Position numbers and translations under genes: made by a program. DNA of 64,000 nucleotides, from the IMG/VR virus record IMGVR_UViG_3300021599_002354, one strand, 5' to 3'. Below the pieces are notes generated by a model. That model searched no databases, was not told the origin of the DNA, and worked only from the letters and a program-made list of their open reading frames with translations. Source of the stretch: an uncultured virus (IMG/VR IMGVR_UViG_3300021599_002354) (taxonomy: Duplodnaviria; Heunggongvirae; Uroviricota; Caudoviricetes). Every line of letters begins with the position of its first letter. Within the stretch, counting starts at the first letter, position 1. Of this stretch, positions 9,674 through 17,659 are shown one piece after another.

Positions 9674-10282
9674 TTAAATAAATTTTGTATTTGTTTTTTT
9701 TTCAATTAAATTAAAATTTATTAAACACTTGTCAATTTTTGTAGATGGTACGCCGACATGTGGTGTCAATCCATCGAAAACCACTAACCTGTTTCCAACG
9801 CAATCAATTTTATGTTTTATTGTTTTCTTATCATTCTCATATAAAATTGTATATCCATCATTTGTATTGACATAATAAATTAATGTTATGTGTTCAGATA
9901 AATTATCTACATGTATACCCTCATCAATATCTTTTAAATCTAATGTCTGCGGTTTGTTTAAATTTATTTTAATTCTTATTGTATTTCTTACTTTAATTCC
10001 TAATTTGTTAATCGCATATTCTCTAATTTGTTCAATTAATCTTTGTGTTTCTTTAGAAACCGGCGTTTCGTTTCTGTTTAACACGATAACAAATCCATCG
10101 TTTTTTTTTGTTTCTACTTTTGAAGGATTCGTGAGAATAAGAGGATTTTCTTTTAAATTTTGGTAATTTATATTATCATGATAATACCAAGTTAATTTAT
10201 TTTGATTTGTTATAAAATAATCCTTTAATTTATCTAATTCTAAATCATCTAAAAAATTATCAATAATTATCACATCTTTCAT
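9674..10282 (-). CDS. 2OG-Fe(II) oxygenase-like protein
   Basis: IIDNFL, IHVD, TLIYYVN..DGYT, NRLVVFDG..PH. Confidence 0.75.
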   Translation of the reverse strand: MKDVIIIDNFLDDLELDKLKDYFITNQNKLTWYYHDNINYQNLKENPLILTNPSKVETKKNDGFVIVLNRNETPVSKETQRLIEQIREYAINKLGIKVRNTIRIKINLNKPQTLDLKDIDEGIHVDNLSEHITLIYYVNTNDGYTILYENDKKTIKHKIDCVGNRLVVFDGLTPHVGVPSTKIDKCLINFNLIEKKTNTKFI

Positions 10283-10718
10283 AATACCCTATATTTTTTA
10301 TTATATCAATTATTGTCAAATTCCAGTTTTCGACTTCCACTTTTATTTTTTTGTGTTCACATAACATATAATTTGTTACCATATTATAAAACCAATATGC
10401 GGAATATTTCGGTTTTTTTATTTTTTTTGTTACATATAAATTATATCCAAAACAAGTATTATCATCAATTATCTTAAAGAAAACATAACCAATTGCATTT
10501 TCCTTATAATATAAAATGAAAAGAGTTTCATTATTTTGTATTCTATCTTTTACATCTTCGATAGTAAACATCCCTTTCCATTCATATTCTTGATTAAAAA
10601 AATTTATCAAAGTTTTCAATTCATTTGTTAAATTAGTTGTCAAGAAATTAGAAATTCTTTTAATAGTTAAATCTGTGACACACACCTTTTTGTCTATTGA
10701 TATTTCGAAATTTTTCAT
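10260..10718 (-). CDS. Hypothetical protein, possible GNAT-fold acyltransferase
   Basis: AIGYVFF...YNLYV...VENWN...IGY pattern. Confidence 0.45.
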   Translation of the reverse strand: MKNFEISIDKKVCVTDLTIKRISNFLTTNLTNELKTLINFFNQEYEWKGMFTIEDVKDRIQNNETLFILYYKENAIGYVFFKIIDDNTCFGYNLYVTKKIKKPKYSAYWFYNMVTNYMLCEHKKIKVEVENWNLTIIDIIKNIGYYERCDNY

Positions 10719-10719
10719 T

Positions 10720-12003
10720 TTAGATTAATTTTCTTTCTACAGTTTTTTTATTTTCTTTAAATCCGTCTAACAATAGATCCAAAAATGAATTTTCGTTATA
10801 TATTTTATCTATTACTTTTTTATGTACTTTATCAACCCATTTTTTACATAAATCATAATTTGTATCATAATTTTTCATGAATTCATTCACAAAATCAGTA
10901 AACCTGCTTTCAACCCCTCTATAATATTCCGCTTCTTTATAAAAGGGGTGATTTTCAACACCTGTAATCTCTCTCAAAATATCATATGGATACGTATGGG
11001 TTGAAATAAATGGTATATTTGATAAAACAAATCCATATGTTTTTTCAGACAGGTAATTTGAAGTGTATGGTGATTTTAAATAATCCCAAGTCTCACTCAA
11101 AATGTGCATTTTTGCCATCGGCAGTATTCTCATAACATATTCCAAATAATGTTCGATGTTCGAAATATAGGATATGTCGTCAAAATTATCGTCACCATAA
11201 TTATTTAAATGTATTCCTTCTAAATTTTCAATAATATGTTTATATGCCTTATAATCACTGTTATTGCAATGGTTTGATCTTGTAAGATAAATGTCTTTAT
11301 TTTTTAATTTAGATAATAATTCAATAATTCTAACCCTATTTAATTTGTGATTTCTCATAGAGAAGCACAATTTATATGGTGAGTCTAATTTCTCAAAAAT
11401 ATTTTTGAATTCATAATACCATCTTATTGATAAATGTTCATTCCATTGAAACATTGTATTTGTAAAAATAAAATTGTGGTTAGGATAATGTATGGATTCT
11501 ACATTCTTTTCTATGAAAAAATTATCGCTAAAAATAAAATGATTTTTTAATCTTTTAATTTCTGATTCTAAATCCTTAACTAACGCGTAGTTTATGTTAT
11601 CTGATTCTATAAAACTTTTTTCAGTTCTCATTAAAGAAACCAACCAACCATTTTTATTTTCTAACTTATTTGCAATCCACTTCATGATTGGAATATCGTT
11701 TATTCCGAATGGTCCTCCTGCCCTATGTGCCGTTTGATCTTTATATGAGTTTACACATTTAATTTCAGTATATTCGTGCCAATCATACAGTTGATAATTT
11801 ATTGCAAGAAAATCTATCAAATGATATCCATCCTTGTTATCATTAAATTCGGGATTAAAAATTAATTCGAATTTTTTATTTCTATATGTACAAGTTATTA
11901 TACCAATATTGTTTTTTATTTTTGAAATTCTATCAGAGGTTAACGCAAAAAATTTTAAAAATAAAGATCTCGAATAGAAATGATGTATATAAATTTTAAT
12001 CAT
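10720..12003 (-). CDS. 'SEK(T/S)'-family protein (putative GT-B glycosyltransferase-like)
   Basis: HILSET...YLSEKT...PFI motif shared with four other paralogues. Confidence 0.5.
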   Translation of the reverse strand: MIKIYIHHFYSRSLFLKFFALTSDRISKIKNNIGIITCTYRNKKFELIFNPEFNDNKDGYHLIDFLAINYQLYDWHEYTEIKCVNSYKDQTAHRAGGPFGINDIPIMKWIANKLENKNGWLVSLMRTEKSFIESDNINYALVKDLESEIKRLKNHFIFSDNFFIEKNVESIHYPNHNFIFTNTMFQWNEHLSIRWYYEFKNIFEKLDSPYKLCFSMRNHKLNRVRIIELLSKLKNKDIYLTRSNHCNNSDYKAYKHIIENLEGIHLNNYGDDNFDDISYISNIEHYLEYVMRILPMAKMHILSETWDYLKSPYTSNYLSEKTYGFVLSNIPFISTHTYPYDILREITGVENHPFYKEAEYYRGVESRFTDFVNEFMKNYDTNYDLCKKWVDKVHKKVIDKIYNENSFLDLLLDGFKENKKTVERKLI

Positions 12004-12833
12004 TAGAATATTTTTTTACTAAAAAAAGGTTTCTCAAATTTATTCCATACCCAATCTCTTAATTTTTGATCTTCAACTATGTTAATTGAGGAAAACTTTT
12101 TGTTTGTGGTGTTTTCTTTACCAATTTTAATTTTTTTGTCAAATCGATTTTCAAATAAATTTTCTAATTTATATAATTCATTTATATCATATTCAAAAGT
12201 GGGTTTATATCCACTTTTCCACGCCTCTTGTGAATCAAAAATTCTAAAATTTATGTAAGTATTATCATAGAGTTTTGTATTGATTATTTCATTTTTATTA
12301 TGATTAGTTGTATAGTTTTCTATTAATGGAAGGATTAAAAGTTTTTTGATATCTTTATCATATAAATTTGTTTTTTTGTGAGCGATCATTTGTTTTATGA
12401 TTGCGACGGCGTTATCATCAAAATATTTATAAATAAAATCATTAGTTATTTCTGATGGTTTGAAATTTAAATTATATACTTTTTTTATCCACCAATCAAA
12501 TATATAATAAAATGAACTAATAAATCTTTTACAGTAATCTCTTTTTATTGTTATAGTATCCACTTTAGAGTTTAAATAGGTGTATATTTCAGAAATTGTT
12601 AAATGCATATGAAGTTTAACTCTTTTGTTTTGATCTATCATTTTAAAAGAATTGTTAATAAAATCAGGTGGTATTAATTTATCACCTGAGACACTTTCAT
12701 GATTATCAATTGATAATTTCTGATCAAATGTCGGTTCAATTTTTAAATTAGAGTTTTCAAGTGCGTTATGTACCGAAATACTTGCACATTTTGGAATTGA
12801 AACAAATGTCAATTCATTTTCAATTAAAATCAT
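12003..12833 (-). CDS. Sulfotransferase family 2-like protein
   Basis: FVSIPKCASISV (5'-PSB), KRDYCKRFISSF (3'-PB); likely start MILIEN at 12833. Confidence 0.75.
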   Translation of the reverse strand: MILIENELTFVSIPKCASISVHNALENSNLKIEPTFDQKLSIDNHESVSGDKLIPPDFINNSFKMIDQNKRVKLHMHLTISEIYTYLNSKVDTITIKRDYCKRFISSFYYIFDWWIKKVYNLNFKPSEITNDFIYKYFDDNAVAIIKQMIAHKKTNLYDKDIKKLLILPLIENYTTNHNKNEIINTKLYDNTYINFRIFDSQEAWKSGYKPTFEYDINELYKLENLFENRFDKKIKIGKENTTNKKFSSINIVEDQKLRDWVWNKFEKPFFSKKIF

Positions 12834-12861
12834 ATTATAATATATGAAAAATAAACTGAAT

Positions 12862-13188
12862 TTACAATAAGGTTTTTTTCTTTTTTTGGGTGTGGATCCA
12901 CAACAAATCATCAACTTCTTTCCATTTTTTTTGTGGACATTCGTTAAATTCTTTTGTAAAGATTTTTTTCATAAGTGGGCAACCACAATCATTACAATAA
13001 GGTTCACCCGTAATTTCTCTTTCCGATCTAAATTCTGGACATTGAATACAAACATTCCATCTTGCTTCTGCTAAATTTTTTTGCTCAATGGTTGGATTGG
13101 ATGCTGTTACCCATGCATCAACTATAGTAACGATTTTAGATGGGTCTTTAACTAAACCTGTTAAGATTTTTTTAATACCTAAATCCAT
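12862..13188 (-). CDS. Small Cys-rich (metal-binding) protein, DUF6171-like
   Basis: RWNVCIQCP...CNDCGCPL..K....CPQKKW. Confidence 0.65.
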   Translation of the reverse strand: MDLGIKKILTGLVKDPSKIVTIVDAWVTASNPTIEQKNLAEARWNVCIQCPEFRSEREITGEPYCNDCGCPLMKKIFTKEFNECPQKKWKEVDDLLWIHTQKKKKTLL

Positions 13189-13198
13189 AAATAAAATA

Positions 13199-15133
13199 TT
13201 ACATATGTTTATTTTTCAACGCGGTAATAAATTGATTAACAATTGTTTTTAATAATATTGTGTTATCTTTTTCATCATAAATGACGGCATGTTCAAATTC
13301 AGTTCCAATTAACTCATTTCCAATAACACCCTCATACAAACCTTCTTCTCCTTTATAATTAAATCGATAAATGTTAATTCCACTCGGTGATTTACCAACA
13401 AATTGTATATTTTCTTTGTGTATTATATCTGATTTAGCATAATTACAATAACCATTAGTGTTACACGCTGCTCCCGGATTCCAATAGGAATAACATGGGA
13501 ATTGTTTGCAATTCGCTAACCAATAATAAACACAATCACCATAATTAGCACCACCTGGTGAACATCTACAACATTGTGCGCCACCATATTGTGCATAGGC
13601 ACCATTAGAGCACTCATAACAAGATAAACAGTTTGCTGTCACTGATTTACAATCAAATGTGTAGTTATGTGTTAATAAACCATATCTCAAACCACTTTCT
13701 TCAGATGTTAAAAACAAATCTAATTGTTCGAAATTCACAGCATAAACTTCAACTTCATCATATGAAAAGGTGATATTTTGTATTATTTTTTCCGACAAAC
13801 TATTTGTTTGTGAATCAAAAATAATCATTGTGTCACCAGGTTGTAATTTATTATATTCAACAAATTTCACGATTTCTTGGTTCGAGGTTTCCCCTGTTAT
13901 TATTTCTTTCTTTAAAACCATTGCATGGTCTACGTCAGAAAATTTAATTCCGTCAGTTAACTCAACATTATAGAAAAACCCTATATAATTTTGTCTTTTT
14001 ACTATGTCAACTAAATTTGTTGTTCCGATAGTAAAATTTTGCATTAAATTTTCAGATGATCCTGTCCATGTTGCTAAACTAAATTCAGCTTCATTTAATG
14101 GTAAATCGGGTATAGAAATAGATTTTACGGTGTCATTCAGATTTAGTGATGAAAGAAGTGTTAAGGAATTATCAGGTAAGAATACTTTTGTAGATCCATC
14201 TGCAGATATTTTTGGAGCCTTTTCATTATTATTATATTTGTAAAAATATTTTGGTCTTTCCCATATTGGTATTTTGTTTTCGTCATCTAAATCACAAATA
14301 TTATCTAACTCAAATGCATTAGAAAATTGTACATTCCAAAAGTTAAGAATATCCAAATTTGCACCGTAAATTAAGTCAACACTTCTGTAGTGAGTTAATC
14401 TACCTTCTAATAAATCATCCTCGTTTAAAATGTATTCTTGTATATATTCGTCCGATTCTAAATTTGTTTTTAAAATGTTGAGTTCTTCTATGGAATTTAT
14501 TTTATAAAATTTTGGATAAATATGATTGTCTGCCGGTGTTATTCTTTTTTTAACTATATAATTTGGGTGTATTCCGTTGTCACGAATAATCAACCCAATA
14601 GAATCAAAACCAAGTTCAATATCATTTACAAATGTTGCTGGTATTGAAGATGGGTTTGAATCGTACATTAATTTAAGAAATTCCCAATTATCTCTTGCGT
14701 ATGTATCATCAATCAGTGCCGTTACATCATATGCAATTCTTATTATCAATTTATTATCTGAATCTTCAATATGTGGAATTGTCATAGAATTTGCATCCAA
14801 CAATATATTATTAAAAGTAAATCCCTTTTCGTCACAATATTTTTGTAGGGGGGTTGAGAACATTCCTGTTGAAATGCTATTAGGTAATCCAGCTTCTAAA
14901 TTTTCAGATTCAGGTGTTAGATCGATTTCCCGTGCATAGCCACTTCTTAAATTTCTTTTATTGATTAAATGTATTTCATTTATGGATGTCCCTGAAATAA
15001 TGGTATCTAAAACATTCACATCAAAATAATATCTCAAATCTACCGCAGGATGTATATTTGTATTAGTTTCTATTGCTTTAAATGACCCATCGTTATCTCT
15101 AACAAAATCTGTTCCAGTTATAACTGCTCTCAT
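13199..15133 (-). CDS. Polyprotein: circularly permuted ATP-grasp + Hint domain + Cys-rich peptide + S74-type autocleaving chaperone
   Basis: GTDF...IETNTN at the N-terminus, YIVKK...YIQEYI...YRSV; SADGSTKVFLPDN...LQPGD...VYAVNFE...LLTHN; SDIIHKENI...GINIYRFNY...GVIGNEL. Confidence 0.75.
   Translation of the reverse strand: MRAVITGTDFVRDNDGSFKAIETNTNIHPAVDLRYYFDVNVLDTIISGTSINEIHLINKRNLRSGYAREIDLTPESENLEAGLPNSISTGMFSTPLQKYCDEKGFTFNNILLDANSMTIPHIEDSDNKLIIRIAYDVTALIDDTYARDNWEFLKLMYDSNPSSIPATFVNDIELGFDSIGLIIRDNGIHPNYIVKKRITPADNHIYPKFYKINSIEELNILKTNLESDEYIQEYILNEDDLLEGRLTHYRSVDLIYGANLDILNFWNVQFSNAFELDNICDLDDENKIPIWERPKYFYKYNNNEKAPKISADGSTKVFLPDNSLTLLSSLNLNDTVKSISIPDLPLNEAEFSLATWTGSSENLMQNFTIGTTNLVDIVKRQNYIGFFYNVELTDGIKFSDVDHAMVLKKEIITGETSNQEIVKFVEYNKLQPGDTMIIFDSQTNSLSEKIIQNITFSYDEVEVYAVNFEQLDLFLTSEESGLRYGLLTHNYTFDCKSVTANCLSCYECSNGAYAQYGGAQCCRCSPGGANYGDCVYYWLANCKQFPCYSYWNPGAACNTNGYCNYAKSDIIHKENIQFVGKSPSGINIYRFNYKGEEGLYEGVIGNELIGTEFEHAVIYDEKDNTILLKTIVNQFITALKNKHM
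13664..14206 (-). other. Hint (intein-like/BIL-type) domain, Ser310-Asn490
   Basis: Blocks A, B, F and G can be recognised; it ends in His-Asn followed by Tyr. Confidence 0.7.
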
Positions 15134-15154
15134 ATTTTTAATTTTCTATATCTA

Positions 15155-15163
15155 TATAAATAC
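15155..15163 (-). promoter_or_regulatory. GTATTTATA putative phage promoter motif
   Basis: 22 nt upstream of ATG 15133, the same spacing as at 2471. Confidence 0.55.
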
Positions 15164-15164
15164 T

Positions 15165-15767
15165 TCACATAAGTTTATTTTTTTTTATTGGTAGGTCAAA
15201 ATTATGTCCTAATTTTTCACCAATTTTGTTTACAATGTAATTTAAACCCTCCATATTTGGGTGTCCCAAATTATCCCAAGTAAGTCCGTTTTGAACAAAA
15301 AAGTCACGTTTCAAATCGATAAATCTATCCCAATTTATTTCTTTATATACGTTTAAAATTTGTATACTTAAATCTAATCCGAAATAATCAAAAAATAAAT
15401 AGTTAATCCCTCTTTTAACTAACCATTCTTGCATACAATATATGTAATGTAAAGTGTGCTTTGATCCCATGGGTTCAAATTTTGGGTATAGATGCGTGTG
15501 GTCATGTGTATTAACATACCATTCTTTACCGTCAAAATCCTGATGAACCCTTCTATTTGGTGAACTCCATTGTATAATTACCAAATCAGGATTTGGATTT
15601 ATATTAATTAAAGACTCTAAAGTTTTGTGAAAAATCCAATCATTCCCAACCGCTGGTCTTGAGTCGGTTGTATAACCCGAATTTAATTGTTCAGATAATA
15701 TTTTCGTGTAATTTGTGTCTAATCCATATCCAGAGGCAATTGAACATCCGTTCGTATATATGAACAT
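15165..15767 (-). CDS. SGNH/GDSL-like protein
   Basis: TNGCS, GND.I, QWS..NR, GHPN; TAATG-coupled start at 15767. Confidence 0.65.
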   Translation of the reverse strand: MFIYTNGCSIASGYGLDTNYTKILSEQLNSGYTTDSRPAVGNDWIFHKTLESLININPNPDLVIIQWSSPNRRVHQDFDGKEWYVNTHDHTHLYPKFEPMGSKHTLHYIYCMQEWLVKRGINYLFFDYFGLDLSIQILNVYKEINWDRFIDLKRDFFVQNGLTWDNLGHPNMEGLNYIVNKIGEKLGHNFDLPIKKNKLM

Positions 15768-15982
15768 TAATTTTCTTTTTTCAATCCAAATTTGATCCAT
15801 TTATACCATATTCTTTCATGAATATAATATTGAATAGGTTTATACACTAATTCTGCAATACCAAATGCCGCACCTACTTTTATAGACCCACTGACTAACC
15901 ACATAATTAAAAACCCAATTAATGTACTTACTAATCTGTACGAAATTGTTTTAGCAATGTGTCTTTTTTTCTCGACTATCAT
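15767..15982 (-). CDS. Small membrane protein, DUF2061-like
   Basis: RHIAKTISYR...YYIHERIW. Confidence 0.7.
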   Translation of the reverse strand: MIVEKKRHIAKTISYRLVSTLIGFLIMWLVSGSIKVGAAFGIAELVYKPIQYYIHERIWYKWIKFGLKKEN

Positions 15983-16365
15983 TTATCTACATTGTCTACT
16001 GAGTAAATTATAACATCTCCGTTAGTATCCATATAACCTTGTCTTATTTTTGTTCCACTAATACTTTCAATATCGGCGGGTGGTTGATGATAATTTACCT
16101 CATAACCAACACCCCTACCATAATTCACACTTTCAATATCAGGAATAATCGAAATTAAAATTTTATCAGAATTATCTTTAAAAAATTTTTCATTAGATAA
16201 GTCTATTAAAACTTGATGTGCGGATTTGGGGTTATTTTCATCTGCTTCAACGTCTCTAATTGCAACCCAACAATTTTTTCCTTTGTCTAATTGTTGTCTA
16301 ATTAACCATTCATGTCCAGAATGCCAATTTTGCCATCTACCAATGTACAATGCATATTTTTTCAT
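15979..16365 (-). CDS. Cytidylyltransferase-like (HxGH) nucleotidyltransferase
   Basis: GRWQNWHSGH, GRGVGY, ISGTKIR. Confidence 0.7.
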   Translation of the reverse strand: MKKYALYIGRWQNWHSGHEWLIRQQLDKGKNCWVAIRDVEADENNPKSAHQVLIDLSNEKFFKDNSDKILISIIPDIESVNYGRGVGYEVNYHQPPADIESISGTKIRQGYMDTNGDVIIYSVDNVDK

Positions 16366-16796
16366 AGATCTATATATTTTATAAGTTCAATAAATGATTC
16401 ATCCACTCTTTTATTTGTTGTGTCTAACTCTATATAGTCATCCGTTGGTGGATCATATTCTTTGACATGGAACCCTTCTCTACCCCTAATTTCATTAGTT
16501 TTAACCAAAATTTCAATCACATCATTTTCTTTCTTGAAAGTTTCTCTTTGATCCTTATATGGTGAAACCAATGATACGATGACCGTGTATCCCTTTTCAT
16601 TCATAAATCGAGCAATATCTTGAGCTCGTTCAATGTTTTTTCTTCTACCGTTTTCTGAATAATCTTTATTCTTGAAAATATCTCTCAAATCATCCCCATC
16701 AACATGAACAAGCTTTGAGTTGTTGAGATAAGTAATTAATTCTTTAGCTATGGTAGTTTTACCTGCGCCAGGTTGACCTGTAAACCAATAAATCAT
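16362..16796 (-). CDS. cysC: Adenylyl-sulfate (APS) kinase
   Basis: WFTGQPGAGKTT, DGDDLR, R..NI, SLVSPY. Confidence 0.85.
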   Translation of the reverse strand: MIYWFTGQPGAGKTTIAKELITYLNNSKLVHVDGDDLRDIFKNKDYSENGRRKNIERAQDIARFMNEKGYTVIVSLVSPYKDQRETFKKENDVIEILVKTNEIRGREGFHVKEYDPPTDDYIELDTTNKRVDESFIELIKYIDL

Positions 16797-16802
16797 ATTT
16801 AA

Positions 16803-16831
16803 AATATAATGATTTATTTTTAAAAAATCAA
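16803..16831 (-). promoter_or_regulatory. sigma70-like promoter TTGATT-N17-TATATT
   Basis: Directly upstream of cysC; matches 8480..8508. Confidence 0.45.
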
Positions 16832-16832
16832 A

Positions 16833-16949
16833 TTAATGATTATAAATAAATGGGTCTCTTTTACGTAATTCTTCTAATTTCTTTTTGAATTCCTTTTTTC
16901 TTTTACGATCTTCAAAGTACTTCTTAATCCAATTGATTAATTTTTTCAT
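16833..16949 (-). CDS. 38-aa basic peptide ending RDPFIYNH (below the ORF-track cutoff)
   Basis: MKKLINWIKKYFEDRKRKKEFKKKLEELRKRDPFIYNH*; ATGA overlap with the upstream stop. Confidence 0.65.
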   Translation of the reverse strand: MKKLINWIKKYFEDRKRKKEFKKKLEELRKRDPFIYNH

Positions 16950-17659
16950 AAAATATAATTTTTTAATTTCTTATTTATTAAATAGTTATAAAACAATTCA
17001 TGCATTTCCTTACTCCAATGCATGTCTTTTGACACCCCGTCTGTCCAATTAGTTTTTATATAAACATCATTCAAAGTTTCCCATATACCAATATTATCTA
17101 CCAAAATTTTTTTGTCTTCTATTTCGTGATCATCATAAGAAATGTTGTCCCATGAAAATAAATAACTGTAACATGGGGTTATCATTTTTAATGAATTTAT
17201 AACATCTAAATGATTTGTTATTGCAGATGGTGTAGAATTCAATACTTGATAAATCTCTATCAGATCTGTTTTTAATTTGAATCCAGAATGGTTGAAACTA
17301 TCAACCATAGTATCACCCTCTTTATATGAGTTAGCACCAATAAACTTATTTAGGAATTTATATTCACCAAACTCGCAATTAATCCAATTTTCTTTTTTTA
17401 ATGGTAATCTTGTTCTATAAAAAGTTGGGATACACACTATAAGGATATCATCTATAGATAATTTAGGTAAATGAATAATCCATTTATCTATTATTGTTTG
17501 AATATCTCTACTTGATTGTCCGTCTACAATAATTTCATAATTTTTTATATTATCAAATATTAATTTTACCCAAGTTTCTTTGACGTATCCGTGATCAAGA
17601 TTCCAATTCTCATTTGGGAATTCAACAAAACTATCTCCAATAATTAATATTTTTTTCAT
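16946..17659 (-). CDS. SGNH/GDSL-like protein
   Basis: IIGDSF ... DMHW. Confidence 0.65.
   Translation of the reverse strand: MKKILIIGDSFVEFPNENWNLDHGYVKETWVKLIFDNIKNYEIIVDGQSSRDIQTIIDKWIIHLPKLSIDDILIVCIPTFYRTRLPLKKENWINCEFGEYKFLNKFIGANSYKEGDTMVDSFNHSGFKLKTDLIEIYQVLNSTPSAITNHLDVINSLKMITPCYSYLFSWDNISYDDHEIEDKKILVDNIGIWETLNDVYIKTNWTDGVSKDMHWSKEMHELFYNYLINKKLKNYIL

Noticed and set aside
13664..14206. Canonical splicing intein or mobile homing element
   Set aside because: No endonuclease domain, and the +1 residue is Tyr rather than Cys/Ser/Thr. Cleavage fits better than splicing.
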